64,000 bases of DNA, from assembly GCA_963751345.1 (NCBI GenBank), contig CAVVUS010000023.1:96001-160000 (forward strand). The letters are read 5' to 3'. A program made the translations under genes and the position numbers. The DNA comes from an uncultured Chloroflexia bacterium (GTDB lineage: Bacteria > Chloroflexota > Anaerolineae > B4-G1 > SLSP01). Shown here piece after piece: positions 53,402-63,080 of the stretch. Each line of letters opens with the position of its first letter. The first letter of the stretch is position 1. Below the pieces are notes generated by a model. It did no database searches, was not told the origin of the DNA, and saw nothing but the letters and a program-made list of their open reading frames with translations.

Positions 53402-53471
53402 CTCAGTTTCTCCGACGAAGTTTCGGCGGATGGGCATCAAGCGGTGCCCATCCGCTCTATTGCCGGCGGGG

Positions 53472-53966
53472 CTACAGCCATGCCCAGGCTCCCCAGAGCA
53501 CCATGACCACGAGGCCGATGCCAAGCCGGGCCACGGTTGACCATCCCCATCCAACGAGCATCTGCTTGGTAGCGCGCCAGGCTTCCATTGCGTCTCGCTT
53601 GCGGTAGAGCTCCAGCAGGTAGACCGCCAGAAGTGTAAACAGGATGCCACCGATGGGCGTTGTGAAGAAGCTGGCGATCAGCCCGACCGCCCAGGCGATG
53701 GCGACGGTGGACCATGCTGCACCCCCCTGATGTGCTCCGCGGAGGCTGAAGTAGTTGTCCGTGAACCAGGAGACGACGGTTAGCAGGCTGATGACCCCAA
53801 AGAAGATCGCGCCACGCGTCCCGAAGCCCGCCACGAGTCCGTAGACCAGCACAAAGACCCACATTACGGTGGGGCCGGGAAAGATCGGGATGATGGTTCC
53901 GATCCAGGCCATGACCAGGCCAGCCAAGATGACAAGACGCAGGGCTGTGCTCAACCACGCGATCAT
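53472..53966 (-). CDS. DUF456 membrane protein
   Basis: GTIIPIFPG motif and several TM segments. Confidence 0.85.
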   Translation of the reverse strand: MIAWLSTALRLVILAGLVMAWIGTIIPIFPGPTVMWVFVLVYGLVAGFGTRGAIFFGVISLLTVVSWFTDNYFSLRGAHQGGAAWSTVAIAWAVGLIASFFTTPIGGILFTLLAVYLLELYRKRDAMEAWRATKQMLVGWGWSTVARLGIGLVVMVLWGAWAWL

Positions 53967-53978
53967 CGTGACACCTTG

Positions 53979-54203
53979 CTAGCCGCCTGCCATCAGATGG
54001 ATGACGCGCACGTCGGCGCCCGCGGGAATGAGCGTATCGGCGTAGCTGTCGTGGGGCACGTTGTGCCCGTCGATGGTGACGATCACGCGGGGAAACGTGT
54101 AGCCCATGCGGGTCAGCAGATCGCTTACGGTCATTCCCGGATGCCATGTCACGGCGTCGCGCTGGTTCACCGTGACCGTGCCGGCTGCGAGTGGCTCACT
54201 CAT
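53979..54203 (-). CDS. MoaD/ThiS-family sulfur carrier
   Basis: 74 aa ending in MAGG; overlaps the AOR stop. Confidence 0.9.
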   Translation of the reverse strand: MSEPLAAGTVTVNQRDAVTWHPGMTVSDLLTRMGYTFPRVIVTIDGHNVPHDSYADTLIPAGADVRVIHLMAGG

Positions 54204-56361
54204 AGGTGTGGCTCGACGACGGCGAGGACTTCGGGATAGTCGATGCCCAGCATCGTCAGCGTTTCGCGCGTGGGCACGCCGTTTGCCGTCCAGCCCCGGC
54301 GTGTGTAGACCGCATCAATAAGCTTCTCGTATTGGTCCTCGCGGTAACGGCGATGGGCAGCGAGCTTCTCCTCCGGGCGCATCGCCTCCGGATCGAGTCC
54401 GAGCCAATCCCGTAACTGGCGGTCATAGCGCTCACGACGTGACTCGTACTCGGCCGGCGTGACCGGGCCCATGGAGCGGTAGGGAATGGCGTCGTCCTGC
54501 GCGTAGGCCCTTGCCAAGGCGGATGTTGAAGACGCGCTGGAAGTTGTAGACGCGTTCGGACATCCGGATAAGATCCTCCGCGGTGACCTGCCTTCCGGTG
54601 ATCCCGCTGAAAACCTCAACGTAGTTGGCGACGTGGTGCGGGATCTTGGCGGGCTCGTCGGCGTCGGCATTCCTGGGGTCGACCACATCGTTCCAGGGCA
54701 GCTTGCAGAAGCCGCAGAGCCCAAACCAGGTTCGCCACATAGGGAAATAGTGGAGCGCTTCCGCCTTGGCCTCGAAGGTGGGCAGCTGGTTGTTGACCAG
54801 ATCCATGAAGATCAGCCAGGCTTCATCGTGCTGGGGGCCCTTGTTCGTCAGTCCATAGCCTCCCTGCTGGGCGAGTGATTCCTTTGTCACGTACTCGGAG
54901 TATTCCAGCCCCTTGGCCTCCATGCCGATGTCGTCAAGGAAGCCGCGGTCGCTGCCGAAGTGCTCGACGAAGTATTGCTTCATCTTGCGGATGCCCTGCC
55001 CGACGTTGCGTCCGAATCCCACGCCCTCGGCCATCTGGTGAAGGACTGCCAGCGCCGCGTCAGCGTTCCCGAAGGAAAGATCCAGGCCGCCGGTCCTGTC
55101 CCTATCGAGGACACCGGCTTCATAGCACTCCATAGCAAAGGCCATCGACGTGCCAAATGAGATCGTGTCGATCCCGTAGGTATCGCAGTAGAAGTTGATC
55201 TCGAGGATAGCGGCAGGGTCGAAGATCCCGCAGTTGCTTCCCACACCGGCGACCGTTTCGTATTCCGGCCCGTCGACGATCACGCAGTTGCCGGCGTAGG
55301 GGCCGGTGCGCACCTTATAGTTGTCGACGGCGTGGGCACACGCGAGCGTGCACCCGTACCAGCAGCCATCGGGCAGGTTCTGAGTGTAGCGCTGCTCCCA
55401 CACGTCCCCGTTGATCTTGTGCGTGTCGGGGTGAGAGCCCTGCCTGAAGTTCATCACCGGCAGCAGGTCGTAGTCATCCATGATCTGCACCAGGTAGGAG
55501 GTACCCCTGCTGCGCATGCGGTTCTGGGCCGGGTCCCACCGGGCGACCTCCTGATTCATCTCCTTGCCGACCCTAGCAATGCGCGCCGGGTCCGCAGGCT
55601 GGTTCGCTGCGGCGCTAACGGATGGAGCGCGCACGACGACGGCTTTCACGCGCTTGTGGCGGAGGACCGTACCGAGACCGCCGCGGCCTGCCTGTTTGTA
55701 GCGGAGGTCGCGTCGTCGTCGGTCGTAGAGGCTGAAGTTCAGGCAGCCCATCGCGGTGTGCTCGGAGCCCCTGCCGGTGGTCACGAATGCGGTGAGTTCG
55801 CGGTCGCGCTCTGTCTCGGCGAAGGTATCGTTGATCCAGTGTCCCAGCACGTGGGTGTCGGATGGACACGTGTCCGGGGCCGAAAGTAGCTGGACGTGGG
55901 CGTGGGAGCCGGCACCCTCGGGGGCGTCGATCAGGACGATTGTCTCCTGTTCGGCATTGCCCTGGATCTCAATGGCGTCCCAGCCAGCGAACTTCAGGTA
56001 TGGCCCGAAGTGCCCTCCCGCGTTGCTGTCGATGACCACGTCGGTGAGAGGCGAGATCGTGGCCGCAATGGACTTCCCCGATCCGGGATATTGTGTCGTC
56101 CCGCCGCACGGTCCTGAGGAGATGACGATTTCATTCTCCGGATCGAACCAGCGGGTGTCTGATTCGACTGCGTGCCACAGGAGCCACAGATCGAATCCCC
56201 TGCCACCTACAAACTGCTGCTTCATCTGCTCGGTGACCGGCTTCGCTGAGATCCGGCGGGCACCGACGTCCACGTGGAGCGTCTGTCCGGTATATCCCCG
56301 GTCGACAGCAGCGACATCGTAGTCGAAAGTCAGCCAGCACTTGCAGTGAATCCCGACACAT
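54200..56361 (-). CDS. Aldehyde:ferredoxin oxidoreductase (tungsten/molybdopterin); frameshifts near 56327 and 54510
   Basis: FVGGRG, DSNAGG, QAGRGGLG, CWYGCTLAC, GPEYET, DTYGIDTIS, GWTANGVPT. Confidence 0.92.
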
Positions 56362-56431
56362 AGTGGTCTCCTCGTGGAAATGATTGCCTCAGGCATCAAC
56401 TGTATTATAGTTTGGCGCGGAGTCACGGGCA

Positions 56432-57952
56432 ATGCCAGAATTGGTACTCGAAGTGGGCAAGCCAGGGAGGCGCGCGGCAGCCGCATTTGGCCGCGCGCTC
56501 TTGCTGTGTCTGGCCTTCGCCATCCGGGCCGCGTCACTTGTGAGCCAGGGGTTGTGGCGTGACGAGGTGGATCAGTGGCGATTCGCGCTTCTACCTCTGC
56601 GGGAGATGATCGGCAATCTCACCCGGCCGGGCTGGAACGGCCCTCTCTATTCGTTCGTCTTGCGGGCGTGGATCAGGCTCACCGGTGAGACTGTCTACGC
56701 GATGCGACTGCTGTCGACGCTCTGGGCCGTGGTATGCGTGGCTCTTTTTTACGTGCTGGTTCGCAGGTTGGCCGGAAAACGCACAGCCGGGGTCGCCGCG
56801 TTGATCTTCGCGTGCTCCCCCTATATGGTCTGGTATGCCCAGGAAATCAAGATGTACACCTGGGTGCCCATGCTGATCCTGCTGGCGCTCTATGCGCTGG
56901 ATCGCGCATGCGAGCGACCGCGGGCGATCTGGTGGCTCATCGTGGCGGCGGCGACGACCCTGGCGGTCTACAGTCACATCCTGGCAGCCCTGTTCATCCC
57001 CGTGATGATCGCCTGGTTTTGGCTGCGCCCGGCGCGGGCGCCCAGGGCCTGGATCGGTGGTCTCGGCGTCATCGCGGCGCTGAGCTTGCCTTATCTTCCC
57101 CTGCTGAGCTGGCAAGCGGCGATGGCGCTGGTCCCCCGGGACACCGGCTTCCCTGCCCATACGCTGGGTCAGATGATCACTGCTCTGCTCAATGGCTGGA
57201 GCGCGGGTATCAGCCAGGGCATCTGGGGACGTTCGGACGCACTGATCGGTATGATGGCGCTCTGGGGCGTGGTCGGTGCTGTTGGGACATATGGCCTCCT
57301 GGCGTCGCCCCGACCGAGAGGCGTGCTCCGCCTGCTATCGTGGTTGGTTCTTCCGATCGTCGCTATCTGGCTCGTCTCGCTCCGCGGCCCGATCTTCACG
57401 GACCGGTATCTGGTCTGGGCGGCGCCGGCATTCTACGCGCTGGTTGCGGCCGGCCTCGTCTGGCTGGAGAGCCTAAGCCGGATCGTCGCCCGCGTCTCTA
57501 TAGCCGCGCTGCTCGTCGTGAGCGGGCACGGTCTGTACGTGCAGGCTTCGCAACCGATCAAGCCGCAGTTCGAGTTGGCCGCTACGTTCGTCGAGGCCAG
57601 AAAAGCCGAGGGCGATCTGCTGCTCTTTCAGATACCCTACAATCACTTCGTCTACGATGCGTACGTCGTCCCAGACGCGTCTGCCAGTTCCGCACAGACC
57701 ACGTGGGCGGAGGCGCCGTATACTAACTGGCAGGACGCCGCCGGCGGGTATCAGGTGGACGCTGCGGAGGTGGGACGAGAGATGCGTCGCATCGTTGCCG
57801 GCTACGATAGGGTATGGCTGATCTATTCGGAGGCATCGCTCTGGGATGAGCGCGAGCTTGTCCGGGGCTGGCTCGACGGCAACTACCGCCTCGGGGAGAC
57901 GGCGCACTTCACCGGCGTGTCGGTTTTTCTCTATACCCGGCCACCACACTAG
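56432..57952 (+). CDS. GT-C membrane glycosyltransferase (GT39/PMT-like)
   Basis: LWRDE, GPLYSF..W, RLLS, YAQEIKMY, DRYL; many TM helices. Confidence 0.85.
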   Translation: MPELVLEVGKPGRRAAAAFGRALLLCLAFAIRAASLVSQGLWRDEVDQWRFALLPLREMIGNLTRPGWNGPLYSFVLRAWIRLTGETVYAMRLLSTLWAVVCVALFYVLVRRLAGKRTAGVAALIFACSPYMVWYAQEIKMYTWVPMLILLALYALDRACERPRAIWWLIVAAATTLAVYSHILAALFIPVMIAWFWLRPARAPRAWIGGLGVIAALSLPYLPLLSWQAAMALVPRDTGFPAHTLGQMITALLNGWSAGISQGIWGRSDALIGMMALWGVVGAVGTYGLLASPRPRGVLRLLSWLVLPIVAIWLVSLRGPIFTDRYLVWAAPAFYALVAAGLVWLESLSRIVARVSIAALLVVSGHGLYVQASQPIKPQFELAATFVEARKAEGDLLLFQIPYNHFVYDAYVVPDASASSAQTTWAEAPYTNWQDAAGGYQVDAAEVGREMRRIVAGYDRVWLIYSEASLWDERELVRGWLDGNYRLGETAHFTGVSVFLYTRPPH

Positions 57953-57970
57953 CGTGACCTGAGAAACGAG

Positions 57971-58008
57971 ACAGCGCCGCTGCAGTAAGCCTGCAGCGGC
58001 GCTGTTTT
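57971..58008 (+). terminator. Intrinsic terminator between convergent genes
   Basis: ACAGCGCCGCTGCAG-taagc-CTGCAGCGGCGCTGT-TTT. Confidence 0.85.
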
Positions 58009-58030
58009 CAGGTTCGCTCCGGTTGGACCC

Positions 58031-59030
58031 TTACGGAATGCAGAGGACCTGCCCGGGGTAGATGAGGTTGAGATTATAGATCGAGTTCGCCGTCCCAATG
58101 GCCCAGACACTAGCGCCGTAGCGGATGGCGATGGATGTCAGGGTGTCACCGTAGTGCACCGTATGGTAATACCGACAGCCAGTCGTGGGCGGCACGGGCG
58201 TCTGGAACCGTACCACCAGGTGTGAACTGCTGGACGGCGACCGGTCCGGCCGGAATTGGCGACCAGGGCGCGACCGGGATGGCCAGCTTGGTGCCCACGT
58301 AGAGGCAGCTCACGTTCACGATGCCGTTGCACGCCGCGATCTGGCTGGGGAGCGTCGCATATGCTCGCCCGATGGCGTAGAGCGTCTCACCCGCCCGCAC
58401 GACGTGATAGCCCTGGACCGTGCACGAGGAAGGCGGCGGCGTGGTCGCGGTTGTGGTGGCGGTAGTCGTCGCGGTGGTCGTCGGCGTTGTCGTGGTCGGT
58501 TCCGGCGTGGCGCCTCCGGAGACCGCTACCGATCCGTTCTGAGCCGTGGCCGTGATCTGGGTGCCGCTGGCGTCGGCGAGCAGCACACTTGCGAAGTTGA
58601 CTGCAGCGGCGCCAGAAGCCTTGCCCTTGAAGGTGATCGTAGCCAGGACGCCGGTCCCACTCACGGGCCCGTGGGGCGACATCTGCGAAACGCCGAAGTC
58701 AACCGTGCCCGTGGCGTTGTTGGCGACGTTCTGGGCGACGAAGTCCGGGCTGAGGAAGCTGCCCAGGCCGATCTGTAGCCCGTCGGTGCCGGCATCGGCA
58801 TCGACAACCTCCAGCCTGGAGGCATCGAACGTCAGGTGGAACTCCGCTCCAAACAGGTTGGTCACATCCGCGACGGTCACGTTGACCACAAGGGTCTCAC
58901 CGACCGCAACGGAGCCTGCCGCTGGACTGAGAGCCACGACTGTGGACGCCGCCATCACCGGAGCGATGGGCATACTCAGCAGAACCACGAGGGACAGAAT
59001 CTGCAGCGAGAGTCGAGCGATCTTGTTCAT
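58031..59030 (-). CDS. Secreted protein: cohesin domain, Thr-rich linker, two LysM domains; frameshift near 58205
   Basis: Signal peptide; VGETLVVNV..NLFGAEFHLTFDASRLEVVDAD..GTGVLATITFK cohesin; PTTTTPTTTATTTATTTATTPPP; HVVRAGETLYAIG and HTVHYGDTLTSIA..IYPGQVLCIP LysM repeats. Confidence 0.85.
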
Positions 59031-59057
59031 ATCATATCTCCCTGTGTAAATCCTATG

Positions 59058-60071
59058 CTACCACGCTGTGGGGCCAATCTTGCCGAAGTTGCCGGCGGCG
59101 ATGGTAAGGTCGAAGATGTTGACAGTGCCATCGTGATTGATGTCCGTGGATATTGTACCCGCAGTCCCAAATACGCCAATCACGCCGACGATGTCAAGGA
59201 TGTTAACGTTGTTGTCACCGTTGACGTCACCACCGAGTAGTTTGGTGGTTCCAACGCTGACGGATGCACCGACGACATAGACGCTGCTCTTCTGGGCCTT
59301 GAGGTAGCCGTGATAGAAGGCCTGCACCAGGTAGATACCACCCTGAGGGACTGCCAACGAGAAGTCACCCGCTGCGTCCGTCACACCTGAGGCCACCACG
59401 CCGCCACCCGAGTTGTAGGCAATCACGTCGGTGCCGGCATATCCTGGCGGCACAGCCTGACCCTGCCGCTCAACTCGGCCCGTGATGGTGCCCGCCGGGA
59501 CGACGGAGATTGCAGGAACCGATGTGCTGTTGATCGGGACTGTGTTCCCATCGACATCAGCCAGGACTGTCTCGGTAAGGACCGTGAAGCCCGTAGCGCC
59601 GGCCGTGATTCCACCCCACGCGATTGTGGCGATCTTGCCCGTCCGGTTGGTGATCGGCGCCCCGGTGTGGCTCAGCGCAAGGTGCACGCATGCCGGCGCT
59701 GCGCCTGCGTTGGTGCACGGAACCTCGACCAGGTTCTTCGCGACCACGACGGAGCCGCCGAAAAAGCCGGTGGCGACGTTCACCTGGACACCGTTGGCCG
59801 GGTTGTCATCGGCATCATCCACGTTGACAACGGCGGGATCGAATCCCAGATAGAGATCAACCCCCATCACGCCGAGCATCGGTGTCGCATTGTTCACGAT
59901 CGACAGACTTACGTCTGTGGTGAAGGTCCCGCCCACCACGGCTGCGCCTGAGGTCACATCACTGACGATGACCGAGGTGTAGTAGTTGGGACTCTGCGCC
60001 AGGACAGCCTGTGGCAACAAGCTGACCAGCATCGCCAAGACCAAATATAACGACCAGCGTCTCCTCTGCAT
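59058..60071 (-). CDS. Secreted protein: cohesin-like domain, carboxypeptidase-regulatory-like beta-sandwich, dockerin
   Basis: Signal peptide; GVDLYLGFDPAVVNVDDAD..GKIATI; GTITGRV..TDAAGDFSL..GYL; GDVNGDNNVNILD and TDINHDGTVNIFDL Ca-binding repeats. Confidence 0.8.
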   Translation of the reverse strand: MQRRRWSLYLVLAMLVSLLPQAVLAQSPNYYTSVIVSDVTSGAAVVGGTFTTDVSLSIVNNATPMLGVMGVDLYLGFDPAVVNVDDADDNPANGVQVNVATGFFGGSVVVAKNLVEVPCTNAGAAPACVHLALSHTGAPITNRTGKIATIAWGGITAGATGFTVLTETVLADVDGNTVPINSTSVPAISVVPAGTITGRVERQGQAVPPGYAGTDVIAYNSGGGVVASGVTDAAGDFSLAVPQGGIYLVQAFYHGYLKAQKSSVYVVGASVSVGTTKLLGGDVNGDNNVNILDIVGVIGVFGTAGTISTDINHDGTVNIFDLTIAAGNFGKIGPTAW

Positions 60072-60286
60072 TCCTGTCCTCCTCTGCATGTTATCCGAGA
60101 TGCGAACGGTTGTGTACATCGGTGCTTCCTGTGCTGATCCGCTAGACTACTTCTATGTTCATTGTATAGTGACATTGCATGACCGCAGTTACAAAGGGAT
60201 TACAGAACAGTAACGTCCCGAGCGTTTCTTGTCTTCTGGGTGATCTCAGGTAGAATCGATGCAGATTGGTGATGGGGAGACAAGGT

Positions 60287-60634
60287 ATGCCGGTTACCTA
60301 TGCTGAGCTTCGGCGTCGGCTGGAAGAGATGAAGCGCGAACTCCGTTCACAACTGGACGATGTCCAGCGTGAGGTGCGAGAAGACGGCGTCGGCTACAGT
60401 AACCATATGGCTGACGCAGGGACGGAGGTCTTCGAGCAGGAGCGAGATTTCAGCCTCGGCCAGCAGATGCTCCAATCCTACAAGAACGTCGAGTATGCAC
60501 TTGCGCGGTTCGAGGACGGCACCTACGGCATCTGTGAGTCGTGCGGTACGCGGATCGAACTCGCCCGACTCGAAGCGGTCCCCGAAGCCAGCTACTGCCT
60601 GGAGTGCCAATCGCGTCGCGAACGCAGGCGATAA
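60287..60634 (+). CDS. TraR/DksA-family C4 zinc-finger protein
   Basis: Coiled coil with NHMADAGT; GTYGICESCG..RLEAVP..CLECQ. Confidence 0.92.
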   Translation: MPVTYAELRRRLEEMKRELRSQLDDVQREVREDGVGYSNHMADAGTEVFEQERDFSLGQQMLQSYKNVEYALARFEDGTYGICESCGTRIELARLEAVPEASYCLECQSRRERRR

Positions 60635-60648
60635 GGTTGGGTGGCTCC

Positions 60649-61176
60649 GTGGGTGAACGAACCCGCCACCTCGTCGACTCCGGGCTGTTGAGCCATTTGT
60701 TGTTCTACGGCGCGATTGTTGTGTGTCTGATGGTTGACCAGGCTGTCAGCCTATGGGTGGTGACGAACCTCGCTCCCTACCATCCCACCGATGTCTTTCC
60801 GTTTCTTTCCCCGATCTTATCCTTTACCTTCGTCGAGAACACGGGGGTGGCCTTCGGCCTATTCCCTGCGCTTGGCACTCTCTTTATGTGGCTGTCGGTC
60901 GCCGTTGCGGTGGGGATCATCGTCTTCCGCCGCACGATTCCCGGCAGCGATCTCTGGGTGCACGTGTCCTTGGGATTGGTCGCGGGAGGCGCGTTCGGCA
61001 ACGTGATCGACCGCGTGCTGCGTGGTTACGTCGTGGATTTCATCGATGTCAATCTGCGGCCCCTCGCCACCTGGCCGGTTTTCAACCTTGCGGATTCGGC
61101 GATTGTCGTCGGTGTGGCGATCCTACTCGTGGATTCGCTGCTGGCCGAGCGCCGGGAAGTGTCAGTCCATGCCTGA
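60649..61176 (+). CDS. lspA: Lipoprotein signal peptidase (signal peptidase II)
   Basis: DQ, NTGVAFG, GGAFGNVIDR, VVDFID, FNLAD. Confidence 0.93.
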   Translation: MGERTRHLVDSGLLSHLLFYGAIVVCLMVDQAVSLWVVTNLAPYHPTDVFPFLSPILSFTFVENTGVAFGLFPALGTLFMWLSVAVAVGIIVFRRTIPGSDLWVHVSLGLVAGGAFGNVIDRVLRGYVVDFIDVNLRPLATWPVFNLADSAIVVGVAILLVDSLLAERREVSVHA

Positions 61177-62095
61177 ACTCCATACGCTGACCGTTGCATC
61201 AGAAATGCGTCTGGACCAACTTCTCGCGGACCATTGGGAGGAGCTGGACCGGAGGACTATTCGGGACCTGGTCACGGCCGGCGATATCTCTATCAATGGG
61301 CTGCCTGCCCGTACGGTCGGGCAGCGCCTCCGTCCAGATGATCAGGTGATCGTGCGTCTGCCTGAACTGGAGGAGAGCGCCGAAGTCTCGCTGCCGCTGG
61401 GATTGTCGTTGCCGGTGGTCTACGAAGATGACGAGCTGCTGGTGGTCGACAAACCGGCGGGTATCTCGGTACGGCGTCTGCGAAAGCCCGGGGCGGCCAC
61501 CGTGCCGGAGCTGCTCGCTGCAAGGTATCCTGACCTGGCGAACGTTGGCGGCGTGGATCGTGCCGGGGTCGTGACGACGCTGGGCGAAGATGCGTCCGGC
61601 CTGGTTCTGGCCGGCAAGGATGAGGCCACTTATCGCGAGCTTCGCAGGCTCGTAAAGCGGCAGTACGTCGGCGAGGTGTACACAGCCCTGGTCGAGGGCC
61701 ATCTACGGGGCGAGTTCACCATTGACCAGCCCATCGGCAATGTGAAGCGCGCGCGCCAACGACTGGTGGTCTCACGTGAAGGGCGGCCGGCCCGGACACT
61801 CGTCCGTGGTCAGCAGCACTTCGTCGAGAGCGGACAGCACTATACCCTCGTCTATGTCCGTCCCGAGACCTCGCGGATGCACCAGATACGCGTGCATCTG
61901 GCGTGGTATGGTTTCCCGATTGTGGGAGATCGCGCCTATGGCAGCACCCGACGGTCGATACTGCCCGGCCGGATCTTCCTGCATATGAGCGAGCTGTCTC
62001 TGCCACATCCCACAACGGGTGAGGAGGTCCGCGTCGCGTCGCCGCTGCCTCCCGAATTGTACTCAGTGCTGACTTATATGCGGCGCCCCAAGTAG
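61169..62095 (+). CDS. RluA/RluD-family pseudouridine synthase-like protein lacking the catalytic Asp
   Basis: S4 domain (RLDQ), VYED..VVDKPAG, HQIRVH, PIVGD, LH; HRLD is replaced by TTLG. Confidence 0.85.
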   Translation: MPELHTLTVASEMRLDQLLADHWEELDRRTIRDLVTAGDISINGLPARTVGQRLRPDDQVIVRLPELEESAEVSLPLGLSLPVVYEDDELLVVDKPAGISVRRLRKPGAATVPELLAARYPDLANVGGVDRAGVVTTLGEDASGLVLAGKDEATYRELRRLVKRQYVGEVYTALVEGHLRGEFTIDQPIGNVKRARQRLVVSREGRPARTLVRGQQHFVESGQHYTLVYVRPETSRMHQIRVHLAWYGFPIVGDRAYGSTRRSILPGRIFLHMSELSLPHPTTGEEVRVASPLPPELYSVLTYMRRPK

Positions 62096-62144
62096 ATCGC
62101 ACTCATCGTCGGGCTCCCCGTACACGAACTCAGAAGGAGTTACC

Positions 62145-62957
62145 ATGCGTGAACTGAACGTTGCTGTTGTGCAGATGGCACCGGAACTGACCAAGATGGA
62201 GGACAACGTCGGCAAGATGGCCGAGACGGTGGCTCGCATTGCCACCGCGCAGCCCGTCGACATCATCGTGTTCCCCGAACTCTCTGTGACCGGCTATGAG
62301 GGCGGCGCGCGATTTGCCCAGATGGCCCAGCGCGTCCCCGGTGCCGTCACCAACATCTTGGGCCAGCACGCGACCGATTTCGGCGTCTACGTCCTGATTG
62401 GCATGGCGGTCAAGGAGGATGTCGAGACGGTACTTTACAACGGTGCGGTTCTCATCGCGCCGGACGGTGAGGTCGCCGGGACGTACCGCAAGATTCACCT
62501 TCCTGCGGAAGAGCGATTGGTCTTCCGTCCCGGGTTTCAGATCAAGCCCATTGAGACGGAAGTGGGTGTCCTTGGTGTGATGACGGGATGGGATCTGGCA
62601 TTCCCAGAGATGGCGCGCAGCTTGATGCTGAGCGGCGCGGAGATCATCCTGCTTCCAGCGGCCTGGCAGACCAAGGACGCCGATATGTGGCGCACCCTAC
62701 TGGTAGCGCGGGCGTACGAGAACGACATCTTCATCGCCGCGGCAAACCGCATCGGCGAGGAGCCGTCCTATACCTTTGCCGGGCAGAGCGCGATTCTTTC
62801 GCCATCCGGCGAGGTGCTGGCGGCGCTGGAGGAGCCCGAAGAGGGGTACGTGGTTGTGCGGCTGGATCTGGACGAGGTGCGACACCGGCGCGAGGAATCC
62901 CAGGTTATGCTGGCACGCCAGCCTGGCTCGTACCGCCCGATCGTCAAGAAGTACTAG
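62145..62957 (+). CDS. Carbon-nitrogen hydrolase (nitrilase) family protein lacking the nucleophilic Cys
   Basis: FPEL (Glu), YRKIHL (Lys), GVMTGWDLAFPE (Cys position is Gly), ARAYEN, ANR.G. Confidence 0.85.
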   Translation: MRELNVAVVQMAPELTKMEDNVGKMAETVARIATAQPVDIIVFPELSVTGYEGGARFAQMAQRVPGAVTNILGQHATDFGVYVLIGMAVKEDVETVLYNGAVLIAPDGEVAGTYRKIHLPAEERLVFRPGFQIKPIETEVGVLGVMTGWDLAFPEMARSLMLSGAEIILLPAAWQTKDADMWRTLLVARAYENDIFIAAANRIGEEPSYTFAGQSAILSPSGEVLAALEEPEEGYVVVRLDLDEVRHRREESQVMLARQPGSYRPIVKKY

Positions 62958-62973
62958 ACTCGAATCCTGCATA

Positions 62974-63011
62974 GCGCGAGCCCCGGCGATTTCGCCGGGG
63001 CTCGCGTTTTT
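62974..63011 (+). terminator. Intrinsic terminator
   Basis: GCGCGAGCCCCGGCG-attt-CGCCGGGGCTCGCGT-TTTT. Confidence 0.85.
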
Positions 63012-63080
63012 CGTCGCTGGACCTTGCGAAGGCAGCCCGGTCAGACTCGGGCTCGAGCCCTGGCAAGTCGCCTGCGCTCG

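Noticed and set aside
5320-58205. Programmed ribosomal frameshifting or true pseudogenes at the split genes
   Set aside because: No consistent slippery sites, breaks fall at arbitrary positions in unrelated genes, and catalytic motifs are preserved on both sides.
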